A stretch of 64,000 nucleotides of DNA from Pseudomonadota bacterium (lineage in GTDB: Bacteria > Pseudomonadota > Gammaproteobacteria > JAADHS01): positions 4,713 through 68,712 of the forward strand of contig JAKACW010000015.1 in NCBI GenBank assembly GCA_021821045.1, in the 5' to 3' direction. Both the position numbers and the translations under genes were made by a program. Under the pieces are notes generated by a model, which saw nothing but the letters and a program-made list of their open reading frames with translations, ran no database searches and was not told where the DNA came from. Below are positions 9,387 through 18,823 of this stretch, in pieces (positions within the stretch are counted from its first letter, which is position 1; each line of letters opens with the position of its first letter).

Positions 9387-11987
9387 GTGACCGCATTGCT
9401 CGCATCCACATTGCGCCGTGTCGCCATCGCCGTTGTTGTGATTGCGGTGGCTGGGCTTGCCGGCTGCCTGAATCCAGGGGGTCAGTCCCCCGATCCGCTG
9501 GTGCAGGATTTCGTCGTTGCCTACGTCAAACGGCCCGTTCCCGTCGACAATCAGGGCGACCCGCAGCAACCGGACGTGCGCCGCCAACTGCGCTTCAATG
9601 CCGGGGGCGACTTGTACGTGCGCGACCGCGCCTCCATCAGCGCGACCGAGCGCAATGTAACGTTCTCAGAAACCGGCGGCTTAGGCGATGTCCGCGACGT
9701 GGAAGTGTCCTACGACGGCAGCAAGATCCTGTTCGCCATGCGCATGCCTGAGATCGAAGGCGCCGACGAGGAAGATCAGCCGAAGTGGAACATCTGGGAA
9801 TACACCGTAGCGACCGGCGCCCTAACTCGCATCATTGCCTCCGATATCACTGCTGAAGCGGGCCAAGATGTCGCGCCGCACTATCTGCCCGACGGCCGAA
9901 TACTGTTCTCATCCACTCGGCAACGCACCTCGCGCGCCATTCTGCTGGACGAAAGCAAACCGCAGTTCGCCGGCTTGACCGAGAACCGCAACGAGGAGGC
10001 ATTGGTTCTTCACGTCATGGATGCCGACGGCTCCGACATCGAGCAGGTCACATTTAATCAAAGCCACGATCTGGACCCCGTCGTGCTGAGCGACGGCCGG
10101 ATCGCATTCACCCGCTGGGACAACATGGGCAGCCGCTCCCAAATGAGCCTGTATAAATCCAACCCGGACGGCACCCAAATGCAAGTGCTCTATGGCGCCC
10201 ACAGCCACGCTACCGGCACCGACGGCGCCACCGTTCAATTCATGCAGCCGCGACTGCGCTATGACGGCAAACTCATGGCCATTCTGCGCCCGTTTACCGG
10301 CACCTACGGCGGCGGCGATTTGATTACCATCGATCAGGACAACTGGATCGATCACAATCAGGTGACCTTGACCAATCAAGGTATGCTAACCGGTTCGGGA
10401 CAAACTCGCATCGTCGATACCGACATTCGCACCGATACGGAAATCTCCCCCGGCGGTCGTTACAGCGCCGCCTATCCGCTGTGGGACGGCTCGGATCGCA
10501 TGCTGGTAAGTTGGTCGCCCTGCCGCGTGATCGAGAACGAACTCATTCGTCCTTGCACCGCGCAGCGTCTCGCCGCGGCCGACGTCGAAGAAGCACCGCC
10601 GCTGTACGGCCTCTATGTGTTGGATGTCGCCAACGGCACCCAACTGCCCATTGTCGTGCCGGAAGAAAATGTGATCTTCACCGACGTGGTGGTCGCCCAG
10701 GCACGCACCACGCCGCCGATCATCGCCGATCAGACCGAGGGCGTCGAACTCGATGCCGCGCTGGCCGGCGACGGGGTGGGGGTGATTCACATCCGTAGCG
10801 TCTATGACTTCGACGGCAGCTTCAATGCCTTGGGGGGAATGCCGGCGTCCATCGGCGCGCTGGCCGATCCGCCGCAGGCCGCTGCCGACGACAGACCGGC
10901 GCGCTTTTTGCGTTTGGTCAAAGCCGTTTCCATTCCGGAAGATGTGGACGGCACGGCCTTCGGGCGCAGCACCCAACAAGGCATGCGCGAAATTCTCGGC
11001 TACACCCGCATCGAGCCCGATGGTTCTGTGAAAGTAAAAGTGCCGGCCAACGTCGCCTTCACCATCGAAGTGCTGGACGAGAACGCCCGCCGTATCACCG
11101 CCCGTCATCAAAACTGGCTGCAGCTCAAACCGGGCGAAACATTTGAGTGCAACGGCTGCCACACCCACAACAACGGCATCCCCCATGGCCACCCCGAAGG
11201 CCCGGCGGCGTTGCACACCGGATCAGCCACCGGCGGCGTTGTCTATCCCAACACCGAGCCGACGCTGATCACCGAGATCGGCGAAACCATGGCCGAGACC
11301 CGCATGCGCATCAGTTGCCTGACCGACTGCGCCGAACTCACGCCGAGCGTCGACGCGGAGTATGTCGATGACTGGACCGATCCGAACGTCAGAGCCAAGG
11401 ATGCCGCGTTCGACTACAGCTACGCCGACCTGGACGCGACGTTTACCGCACCGGTCTCCGCTTCCTGCCAGACAACGTGGACAAGCGCCTGCCGCACGGT
11501 GATCAACTACGTCACCCATATTCAGCCGATCTGGGAACTGTCGCGCCCCGGCAATACCTTCGGCGGCAACGCGGTGGACGCCCAGTGCAACACCTGCCAC
11601 TCGCCGACCGACAACATGGCCCAGCCGCAAGTACCGGCGGCGCAACTGGATCTGCGCGGCGTTGACTCCTCCGACGAGCCGGACCACTTGGTTTCGTATC
11701 GCGAGCTGCTGTTCCCGGACAACGAGCAGGAGCTGGTTGGCGGAACCTTGCAGGATGTGCTCGTGCCCGGCGTCGATGCCGACGGCAACCCGATCCAAGT
11801 GCCCGTCGCGGCCCCCGGCCCATACCTCTCGACCGCCGGCGCCAACAGCAGCGACTTTTTCGACGTGTTCGCCCCCGGAGGCACTCACGAGAGCTTTCTG
11901 TCGCCGGCCGAATTGCGGCTGATCTCCGAGTGGGTCGATATCGGGGCCCAGTACTACAACAACCCGTTCGACGCACCGCAGAACTAA
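9387..11987 (+). CDS. Lipoprotein with TolB-like (PD40) beta-propeller repeats and a C-terminal di-heme (2x CxxCH) region (866 aa)
   Basis: It has a GTG start and a lipobox (VAGLAGC). PD40-like repeats include DGRILFSSTR, DGRIAFTRWDN and LYKSNPDGTQMQVL. The heme motifs are CNGCHTHNNG and CNTCHSP. Confidence 0.75.
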   Translation: MTALLASTLRRVAIAVVVIAVAGLAGCLNPGGQSPDPLVQDFVVAYVKRPVPVDNQGDPQQPDVRRQLRFNAGGDLYVRDRASISATERNVTFSETGGLGDVRDVEVSYDGSKILFAMRMPEIEGADEEDQPKWNIWEYTVATGALTRIIASDITAEAGQDVAPHYLPDGRILFSSTRQRTSRAILLDESKPQFAGLTENRNEEALVLHVMDADGSDIEQVTFNQSHDLDPVVLSDGRIAFTRWDNMGSRSQMSLYKSNPDGTQMQVLYGAHSHATGTDGATVQFMQPRLRYDGKLMAILRPFTGTYGGGDLITIDQDNWIDHNQVTLTNQGMLTGSGQTRIVDTDIRTDTEISPGGRYSAAYPLWDGSDRMLVSWSPCRVIENELIRPCTAQRLAAADVEEAPPLYGLYVLDVANGTQLPIVVPEENVIFTDVVVAQARTTPPIIADQTEGVELDAALAGDGVGVIHIRSVYDFDGSFNALGGMPASIGALADPPQAAADDRPARFLRLVKAVSIPEDVDGTAFGRSTQQGMREILGYTRIEPDGSVKVKVPANVAFTIEVLDENARRITARHQNWLQLKPGETFECNGCHTHNNGIPHGHPEGPAALHTGSATGGVVYPNTEPTLITEIGETMAETRMRISCLTDCAELTPSVDAEYVDDWTDPNVRAKDAAFDYSYADLDATFTAPVSASCQTTWTSACRTVINYVTHIQPIWELSRPGNTFGGNAVDAQCNTCHSPTDNMAQPQVPAAQLDLRGVDSSDEPDHLVSYRELLFPDNEQELVGGTLQDVLVPGVDADGNPIQVPVAAPGPYLSTAGANSSDFFDVFAPGGTHESFLSPAELRLISEWVDIGAQYYNNPFDAPQN

Positions 11988-12007
11988 CCAGGGATTGGCA
12001 CGAACCG

Positions 12008-12754
12008 ATGACTCATAGGACTGCAACACTTATCGCTGCCCTGCTCTGGCTGCTGCTTCCCGTGTTCACCGCGGCGGAGGAAGCCGACGACCGGCTGCGC
12101 ATTGCCGATCCGTTCATCGAACTGCACACCGGTCCGGGCAGCGGCTATCCCGTGTTCCATGTGGAAGAGCGCGGCAAGTTCATCCGCATCGTCTCCAGCA
12201 AGGCGGACTGGTTCAAAGTCGTTACTGATAAGAATTTGGAAGGGTGGGTTCAACAAGACCAGCTCGAACGAACGTTTACCGAAGCCGGCGAGCAGTTCAA
12301 AGCGCCGGAAGCGAGCATCGGCGATTTTTCCAAGCGGCGCTGGGAACTGGGCATGCTCGGCGGCGACTTCAACGGCGCCACCGTGTTTTCCGTGTACACG
12401 GGCTACATCTTCACGCCCAACCTCTCGGCCGAACTTATCTTCTCTCATGCCATTGGCGACTACTCCAGCAACATGCTGGGCGGCCTCGGACTGTTGGGTC
12501 AACCGTTTCCCACCTGGCGCCTCTCGCCATTTTTCACGCTGGGCGCGGGCGCCATAAAAACCGAGCCCAAACTGGCCCTGGTTCAATCGCCCGATCGCGA
12601 GGATACCTACACTTATGTAGGCGTCGGGTTCCGCAGTTACATCACGCGGCGCTTCATCTTCCGCGCCGAGTACAAGAACTACGTGGCATTCACCAGTCGT
12701 GACGACAACGAGGAAGTAGACGAATGGAAAGCTGGATTCGCGGTATTTTTCTAG
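12008..12754 (+). CDS. Outer-membrane beta-barrel protein with an N-terminal SH3b-like domain
   Basis: It has a signal peptide (MTHRTATLIAALLWLLLPVFTAA) and an SH3b-like segment (GPGSGYPVFHVEERGKFIRIVSSKADWFKVV). The C-terminal half has alternating hydrophobic residues and ends in F. Confidence 0.65.
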   Translation: MTHRTATLIAALLWLLLPVFTAAEEADDRLRIADPFIELHTGPGSGYPVFHVEERGKFIRIVSSKADWFKVVTDKNLEGWVQQDQLERTFTEAGEQFKAPEASIGDFSKRRWELGMLGGDFNGATVFSVYTGYIFTPNLSAELIFSHAIGDYSSNMLGGLGLLGQPFPTWRLSPFFTLGAGAIKTEPKLALVQSPDREDTYTYVGVGFRSYITRRFIFRAEYKNYVAFTSRDDNEEVDEWKAGFAVFF

Positions 12755-13368
12755 GCGCCGCCCTCATCGCCCCTGTGCTCGGAGTTGCGGCGGACACCGA
12801 CGGCACGGTGACCGACCCGGTTTATACGCCGCAAGTTGAGCGCAAGGACTTTTCCCTGGCCAATATCAATGCCCAGGATTTCGAACTGACTTTATATACC
12901 GGCATCATGAGCGTGGAAGACTTCGGCAGCGACACCGTCGTCGGCGGCCGCCTCGCCTATCACGTCACCGAACGCTTCAGCGTCGAAGGCTCCTACGGCG
13001 AAACAAGCCCGGGGCGAACCAGCTACGAAGAGTTAAGCGGCTCCGCGGTTTTGCTGACCGATGAAGACCGCGAACTGAGTTACTACAACTTTCTGGTGGG
13101 CTTCGACCTATTTCCGGGCGAAGCGTTTCTCACCTCGCGTTGGGCGTTCAACTCGGCGGTCTATGTCGTCGGCGGCGTGGGCAGCACAGACTTTGCCGGT
13201 GACGACCGCTTTACGACGATCTACGGCGCGGGATTTCGTTTGGTACCGACAGATTGGCTTGTGGTGCGCTTCGACGTGCGCGACCAGTTGTACAACATCG
13301 ACCTGATCGGCCCGGAAAAAACCGCCCACAACATCGAACTCATCGCCAGCTTCGGCGTGTACTTTTAG
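12724..13368 (+). CDS. Outer-membrane beta-barrel protein (214 aa)
   Basis: It has a signal peptide, an alternating aromatic/hydrophobic pattern and a C-terminal ...FGVYF terminus. Confidence 0.6.
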   Translation: MESWIRGIFLGAALIAPVLGVAADTDGTVTDPVYTPQVERKDFSLANINAQDFELTLYTGIMSVEDFGSDTVVGGRLAYHVTERFSVEGSYGETSPGRTSYEELSGSAVLLTDEDRELSYYNFLVGFDLFPGEAFLTSRWAFNSAVYVVGGVGSTDFAGDDRFTTIYGAGFRLVPTDWLVVRFDVRDQLYNIDLIGPEKTAHNIELIASFGVYF

Positions 13369-13376
13369 GAGGCCTT

Positions 13377-13883
13377 ATGAACCCTCTTCATGCAAAGAGC
13401 CTGTTTGGACTGTTGCTGGCCGCGCTGCTGGCCGGCGGACCACTAACCGCCTCGGCCGGCGACGCCAAACCGGCGCCCGCCTTCACGCTACCCAATCAAC
13501 AGCAGGCGCAAGTCAGCCTGGCGGATTTCCAGGGCGATGTGGTCATGATCAATTTCTGGGCCTCCTGGTGTGCGCCGTGCCGCGAGGAAATGCCTCTGCT
13601 CAATGGTTTGTACAAAAAGTACAAAGCCCTGGGATTCACTTTGCTGGGCGTAAACATGGATGAAAACAGCAACGACGCCTACGCCATGCTTAAAGAGATT
13701 CCGGTGTCGTTTCCGGTGGTATTCGAGTCCCACGGCCGGGTCGGCAAATTGTATGGCCTCGTCGCAATGCCAAGCACCGTTTTCGTCGATCGCAAAGGCA
13801 ATATACGGTTCGCCCATGCCGGCTACGCCAAGGGCGACGAGAAGGAATACGAGAAGTACATCAAGGCGCTGGTGCGGGAGTAA
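13377..13883 (+). CDS. TlpA/ResA-family periplasmic thiol:disulfide oxidoreductase
   Basis: It has a signal peptide and the thioredoxin active site WASWCAPCREE. The ATG at 13377 is preceded by AGGAGG. Confidence 0.8.
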   Translation: MNPLHAKSLFGLLLAALLAGGPLTASAGDAKPAPAFTLPNQQQAQVSLADFQGDVVMINFWASWCAPCREEMPLLNGLYKKYKALGFTLLGVNMDENSNDAYAMLKEIPVSFPVVFESHGRVGKLYGLVAMPSTVFVDRKGNIRFAHAGYAKGDEKEYEKYIKALVRE

Positions 13884-13915
13884 GGTTCATGAAGACTCAG
13901 TTTAGGCACCACCGG

Positions 13916-14090
13916 GGGAGCGGATCATTCCGCGATTTGATTCGGCTGTCGCAACGCATCCGAAGAAGAATCGCGGTAGGAAACCGCTCCCACAGCGACC
14001 GCAACATCCGTCGTGGCAGCGGATCATTCCGCGATGACAGACGCGCCAACATTCATTCCCTGGATAATCGCGATAAGAAATCGCTCCCAC
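13916..14090. repeat. REP cluster of four units in alternating orientation
   Basis: The units are ggggagcggatcattccgcgat (13916-13936), atcgcggtaggaaaccgctcccaca (13969-13994), ggcagcggatcattccgcgat (14016-14036) and atcgcgataagaaatcgctcccac (14067-14090). Confidence 0.6.
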
Positions 14091-14311
14091 GCCTTGTTGC
14101 TCTGGCGGCCTTGACGTTACTAACAGCCGCGCTCGCCGGTTGCGCCGTCGAGCCATGGGTCAAGCCCTACGAGCGCGCCAACCTAGCCGATCCCATCATG
14201 AGTTTCGAACGCGAACCCGTCTCCGGCGGCTATCTCAATCACGTCTATCAAGCCCGCGAATCCGGTCGCGGCGCCGAGGGGGGCCAGGGCGGTGGCTGTG
14301 GCTGTAACTGA
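14060..14311 (+). CDS. DUF4266-like small lipoprotein with a C-terminal GGGCGCN tail
   Basis: It reads ...SLPRLVALAALTLLTAALAGCAVEPWVKPYERANLADPIMSFEREPVSGGYLNHVYQARESGRGAEGGQGGGCGCN. The start is uncertain: the only nearby in-frame candidates are CTG at 14060 or TTG further in. The 5' end overlaps a REP unit, and the upstream part of the 13889 ORF is REP-derived. Confidence 0.5.
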   Translation: MDNRDKKSLPRLVALAALTLLTAALAGCAVEPWVKPYERANLADPIMSFEREPVSGGYLNHVYQARESGRGAEGGQGGGCGCN

Positions 14312-14351
14312 GGTGTGTTCTCATGGCAAGCAGCGATCCCTACCGGTTGGT

Positions 14352-14434
14352 TGTGGGAGCGAATTCCTTTCGCGATTCTTCGCCCGAGTCATTGCTTATG
14401 CCTATTCATATCGCGGTAGGAAACCGCTCCCACA
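14352..14434. repeat. REP pair in inverted orientation
   Basis: The units are tgtgggagcgaattcctttcgcgattc (14352-14378) and atcgcggtaggaaaccgctcccaca (14410-14434). Confidence 0.6.
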
Positions 14435-14450
14435 ACTGTTCTGTATTGCG

Positions 14451-15566
14451 TTGCTAGTGCTCATCGGACTTCGCGTCGCACATGCCGCGGTGCTGCCCGA
14501 AGACCGCGCCGACGCCCTTTACCACTCCTATGACGGCGGCGGGGTCGAAATCAACGGACCGTCCATTCTGGTGCGCAAGTCCATCGGCAAGAAAACATCC
14601 GTCTCCGGCAACTACTACGTCGACTCCATCAGCAGCGCGTCCATTGATGTCGTCACCACCGCCAGCCCGTATACCGAAAAGCGAGAAGAGAAGTCCGCCT
14701 CGGTCGACTATTTGCACGAAGACACCATTCTCAGCGCCGGCTACACATTGAGCGACGAGAATGACTTCACAGCCAGATCGGTCCACTTCAACTTCAGTCA
14801 GCAAACCTTCGGCGATCTGACAACCGTCAACATGGGCTACTCGCGCGGCTGGGATGAGGTAGGCACCCTCAATTCAAGTGAGTTCGATGAAACAGATCGC
14901 CAACAGTACCGTATCAGTGTGTCCCAGATTCTCAGCAAGAACAGCGTCATCAACTTCGGTTGGGAAACGGTCACCGACGAGGGCGAAAAACTCAACAATC
15001 CGTACCGGCAGGTCCGCTACGTTAATGTCGATAGCGAAAACGGTCGTGGCTACAGCTACCAACTCGAACGTTACCCACAGACGCGAACCAGCCACGCCGT
15101 ATCCATTCAAGGCAAATACTTCCTGGCCCACCGCGCCGCGCTGCATGGGGAATTTCGCTACTTTCGCGACACCTGGGGGATCACCGCCTTCAATCTGGAG
15201 TTCGGCTACACCCATCCTCTCGATGCCCGCTGGGTGTTCGATGTGAGCTACCGTTTCTATAGGCAACAGCAGGCGGATTTCTATTCGGATCTCTACCCGT
15301 TCGTGGATGCCCAGAACTACTTGGCCCGCGACAAAGAGCTCAGCACATTCAGCGATCACTCTCTCGGCCTTGGCGTCGCCTATGAGTTTACCCAGGGAAC
15401 CTGGTCGTGGATCAAAAAGGGCACGCTCAATCTCAAGTACAACTACATCCTGTTCAGTTATGACAACTTTCGCGACTTGCGAGCCGAGGGCTACGCCGTC
15501 GGCGCCGAGCCGCTTTACAGCTTCAACGCCCACGTCGTGCAAATCTTCGCATCGATTTGGTATTGA
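14451..15566 (+). CDS. DUF3570-like outer-membrane protein
   Basis: After the putative signal peptide it reads AAVLPEDRADALYHSYDGGGVEINGPSILVRK. The later sequence is rich in Y, F and W and ends ...ASIWY. The start is tentatively TTG at 14451. The ORF's upstream portion is REP sequence. Confidence 0.6.
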   Translation: MLVLIGLRVAHAAVLPEDRADALYHSYDGGGVEINGPSILVRKSIGKKTSVSGNYYVDSISSASIDVVTTASPYTEKREEKSASVDYLHEDTILSAGYTLSDENDFTARSVHFNFSQQTFGDLTTVNMGYSRGWDEVGTLNSSEFDETDRQQYRISVSQILSKNSVINFGWETVTDEGEKLNNPYRQVRYVNVDSENGRGYSYQLERYPQTRTSHAVSIQGKYFLAHRAALHGEFRYFRDTWGITAFNLEFGYTHPLDARWVFDVSYRFYRQQQADFYSDLYPFVDAQNYLARDKELSTFSDHSLGLGVAYEFTQGTWSWIKKGTLNLKYNYILFSYDNFRDLRAEGYAVGAEPLYSFNAHVVQIFASIWY

Positions 15567-15581
15567 GCGGGGAGCAAGCGA

Positions 15582-16328
15582 ATGAAGGGAATCAGCATGC
15601 GACACATCTACTGTGTAATCATTGGAATTCTTGCCGCCGTTCCCACCGCGTTTGCCGCGACGCCCCAGTGGGTCATCGATGGCCTGTTGATTGAGCATCC
15701 GGGCCGCATTCAGGTCGAATACCTCGGTCAGTTTCAACAAGACCCGCCGCGTTACCGCGTGAATTTCAACGGCCGCGCATTCACCATGTTTGAGGGAACC
15801 ATCGGCCCGGATTTTCACAGCGCTCAACTATGGGAGCACGCCAAGATCAATCCCGGTGATCGCGTTCTCGAAGTAGGCACCGGCATAGGCTGCCTGTCGA
15901 TTTTCGCCGCCGAAACAGCGTCCAAGGTGGTCGCCACGGACATCGAACCAATCGCGGTGGAAAACACCAAGTTCAACGCCGAGCAGCATGGTGTGGGGCA
16001 TATCGTCGATGCGCGACAAGGTGATTTGTTCGGTCCCATTTCGCCGAATGAACAATTCGATGTGATCTTTTTCAACATCATTTATCCCTACAATCAAGAG
16101 ACGCTGCACTTCTGGCGGCTTCACGAACGCTTCTTTGCCGAGGTGGGTCAGTTCCTCGCCAAAGGCGGCCGCATTTATTATCAGGCAGGCTATTTTGACA
16201 ATCTGGGCCACATACGAGAAATGGCCAGCGCGAACAACTTCGAGATCATGGAAATGAACATGTGGGCTGTGCTCCGCTATCACCGCCAGCCGATGGTGTT
16301 CATGCTCCAGCGGCAGTCTGACATCTGA
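15582..16328 (+). CDS. Signal-peptide-bearing class I SAM-dependent methyltransferase-fold protein
   Basis: It has a cleavable-looking signal (MRHIYCVIIGILAAVPTAFAATP), the SAM motif I (LEVGTGIGCLS) and an NPPY-like segment (DVIFFNIIYPY). Confidence 0.7.
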   Translation: MKGISMRHIYCVIIGILAAVPTAFAATPQWVIDGLLIEHPGRIQVEYLGQFQQDPPRYRVNFNGRAFTMFEGTIGPDFHSAQLWEHAKINPGDRVLEVGTGIGCLSIFAAETASKVVATDIEPIAVENTKFNAEQHGVGHIVDARQGDLFGPISPNEQFDVIFFNIIYPYNQETLHFWRLHERFFAEVGQFLAKGGRIYYQAGYFDNLGHIREMASANNFEIMEMNMWAVLRYHRQPMVFMLQRQSDI

Positions 16329-16536
16329 CCGGGCAGCGATCGTTTCCCATGCAGCAGCCATGGCGTTTAACCGCTGCCCCGCTGATTCTGCCGCAACACG
16401 CCGAGCCGGACGGTTGCGGACCGGGTGCTCGCGGCGGGGTCACGAAATTAACCGACTGTTTTCGAGGCAGTTTTGCAGTGTAAAGATTGGATTGCCAACG
16501 CCGATATACGAGTTTAGTCAAGAAGGAACTACGCCC

Positions 16537-17430
16537 ATGGAACTGAACGACATCCAACAACAGATTCTCCAACCGTTCGTCATCGAAACCATCAAGACCT
16601 TAAACACCATGGCCGGGCTGAAGGCCCACGCCGGTGATGGCTTCCCCGATGACATCGAAAAATTCAAGTTTAAGGGCTATGCCGTCGTTGCCGAGACCTC
16701 GGGCAACGTGGAAGGCAAGATTCTGATGCACCACTATGTCGAAACCGCGTTGGCCATCGGCAACAAAGTTCGCTGCGCCCTGCTGGACGACGATCAAGAG
16801 TCCCCGGAAATGAACGAAGAAGTCGGCGAAGCGCTCGCCGAATTCTCCAACACCGCAATCGGCCTGGCGATGCGTCAACTGGCGGATTCCGACTTGGGCA
16901 TCAAGTTCAAACCGCCGTACTTCGTTTCAGACATTAAAGACATGACCAACTTGATGGCGGACGTGCAGGAGATCGTGTCCGTGCCCATTCACGTTGACGA
17001 TGTCGGCCGGTTTTATTTCAACTTCTTGTTGCACAAGAAGACGGGCAACAAGCAACTGCCGAACAGCGCCAAGATCATGATCGTCGATGACATGAAGATG
17101 GTGCGCAGTTCGATCAAGTCTTATCTCAAACAGTTGGGTTACGAAAACATCATCGAGGCGGTCGACGGTCAGGATGCCGTCGAAAAGCATGCCATGGAAG
17201 AGCCGGCATTCATCTTCATGGATATCGTCATGCCCAATCTCAATGGCAACGAGGCGCTGAAGGTGATTCGCGATGTCGACAAGAAAGTACCGATCGTTAT
17301 GCTGACATCGGTCTCCGACGAAAACTTGATCAAGGAATGCGAAGCGCTGGGCATCAAAGGCTATATTCTGAAGCCGCTGACCCGCGAACACGGTCCGGGC
17401 ACGCTGGGCCAAATGCTTTCCCTCGGCTAA
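16537..17430 (+). CDS. CheX-like phosphatase domain fused to a response-regulator receiver
   Basis: The N-terminal ~150 aa are CheX/CheC-like. The C-terminal REC region reads KIMIVDD...FIFMDIVMPNLNG...KVPIVMLTS. The ATG at 16537 is preceded by AAGGAA. Confidence 0.7.
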   Translation: MELNDIQQQILQPFVIETIKTLNTMAGLKAHAGDGFPDDIEKFKFKGYAVVAETSGNVEGKILMHHYVETALAIGNKVRCALLDDDQESPEMNEEVGEALAEFSNTAIGLAMRQLADSDLGIKFKPPYFVSDIKDMTNLMADVQEIVSVPIHVDDVGRFYFNFLLHKKTGNKQLPNSAKIMIVDDMKMVRSSIKSYLKQLGYENIIEAVDGQDAVEKHAMEEPAFIFMDIVMPNLNGNEALKVIRDVDKKVPIVMLTSVSDENLIKECEALGIKGYILKPLTREHGPGTLGQMLSLG

Positions 17431-17450
17431 CCACCTCCACCCGAGAACAA

Positions 17451-17480
17451 GCCGCGCCTGAGCAGGGCGCGGCTTTTTTA
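17451..17480 (+). terminator. Rho-independent terminator
   Basis: The sequence gccgcgcc-tgagcagg-gcgcggc is followed by TTTTTTA. Confidence 0.75.
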
Positions 17481-17545
17481 TGCGCAATCGCAGAAGCGGT
17501 ATCCTGCCACGATCAGAAGCGGCGATACCGACGAGGCCGGCGCAG

Positions 17546-17619
17546 AATCGCGGTAGGAAACCGCTCCCACATCAAATAAATCGCTCCGAAGCTGTGGGAG
17601 CGCATTTCTTGCGCGATTC
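17546..17619. repeat. REP pair (forward and inverted unit)
   Basis: The units are aatcgcggtaggaaaccgctcccaca (17546-17571) and tgtgggagcgcatttcttgcgcgattc (17593-17619), abutting the purT stop. Confidence 0.55.
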
Positions 17620-17620
17620 T

Positions 17621-18823
17621 TCAGCGCGCCTTCGGCTTAACCTTCGACGCCGCCAGCTTGGCCCGCGACCGCGCTTCGTTCACGTTCGCCCCGGTGGCCA
17701 ACGCCACTCCCATGCGTCGCTTGACGTAAGACTCCGGCTTGCCAAACAACCGTATGTCGGACTGCGGCACACGCAGCGCCTCGTCCACGCCCTCGAAAAC
17801 GATTCCCTTGGCATCGACGCCGCCGTAAATCACGGCGCTGGCGCCTGGCGCACGCATACGGGTGTCGACGGGCAAACCCAGAATGGCCCGCGCATGCAAT
17901 TCGAATTCGCTCTGGACTTGGCTGGCCATGGTCACCATCCCGGTGTCGTGCGGCCGCGGACTCACTTCACTGAACCACACATGATCACCTTTGATGAACA
18001 ACTCCACGCCGAATATTCCGCGGCCGCCTAGATTGTCGGTGACTGATTTGGCGATTTCCCGCGACCGCTTCAACGCAGCCTCGCTCATAGCCTGGGGTTG
18101 CCAGCTCTCCACATAATCGCCGCTCACCTGCAGATGGCCGATGGGATCGCAAAAATGGGTTTCGATTTCGCCGTTCGCGCCGCGTGCGCGCACGGTCAGT
18201 TGGGTGATTTCATAGTCGAACTCAATGACCTGCTCGACGATGACGCGACCTTGGTTGACGCGCCCGGCAGACATGGCGCATTCCCAAGCGCGCTCGACAT
18301 CCTCGGGCTCTTCGAGACGGCTTTGACCCTTGCCGGACGACGACATCACGGGCTTTACGATGCACGGATAGCCGATGGCGCCGTCGATGGCCATCCGCAG
18401 CCCGTTCAATGAGTCGGCGAAGGCATAGCGCGATGTCGGCAAATCCAACTCCTCCGCCGCCAACCGTCGAATACCTTCGCGGTTCATGGTCAGGTGCGCC
18501 GCCCGCGCCGTTGGGATCACTTCGGCCAGGCCCGCTTTCTCGATCTCCAGCAACATCTCCGTCGCAATGGCCTCGATCTCCGGCACGACCAGCGCCGGGC
18601 GCTCGCTCTCGACCAGCTTGCGTAACGCCGCACCGTCGGCCATGTTGATGACATGGGAACGATGCGCGACTTGATGGCCAGGCGCATTCGCGTAGCGATC
18701 CACCGCGATCACTTCCACCCCCAGGCGCTGCAACGCGATGATGACCTCCTTGCCGAGTTCGCCGCTGCCCAGCAGCATGACGCGTGTCGCCTGCGTAGAT
18801 AACGGTGTACCGATACGTGACAT
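17621..18823 (-). CDS. purT: Formate-dependent phosphoribosylglycinamide formyltransferase
   Basis: There is a full-length PurT-like match ([11 protein letters not shown]...ATP-grasp). The ATG at 18823 is preceded by GGGAGAGAG. Confidence 0.9.
   Translation of the reverse strand: MSRIGTPLSTQATRVMLLGSGELGKEVIIALQRLGVEVIAVDRYANAPGHQVAHRSHVINMADGAALRKLVESERPALVVPEIEAIATEMLLEIEKAGLAEVIPTARAAHLTMNREGIRRLAAEELDLPTSRYAFADSLNGLRMAIDGAIGYPCIVKPVMSSSGKGQSRLEEPEDVERAWECAMSAGRVNQGRVIVEQVIEFDYEITQLTVRARGANGEIETHFCDPIGHLQVSGDYVESWQPQAMSEAALKRSREIAKSVTDNLGGRGIFGVELFIKGDHVWFSEVSPRPHDTGMVTMASQVQSEFELHARAILGLPVDTRMRAPGASAVIYGGVDAKGIVFEGVDEALRVPQSDIRLFGKPESYVKRRMGVALATGANVNEARSRAKLAASKVKPKAR

Noticed and set aside
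13889-14059. The N-terminal 57 codons of the supplied 140-aa ORF ([16 protein letters not shown]...)
   Set aside because: The repeated [16 protein letters not shown] peptides are simply translations of alternating REP units. Only the C-terminal lipoprotein part is a real gene.
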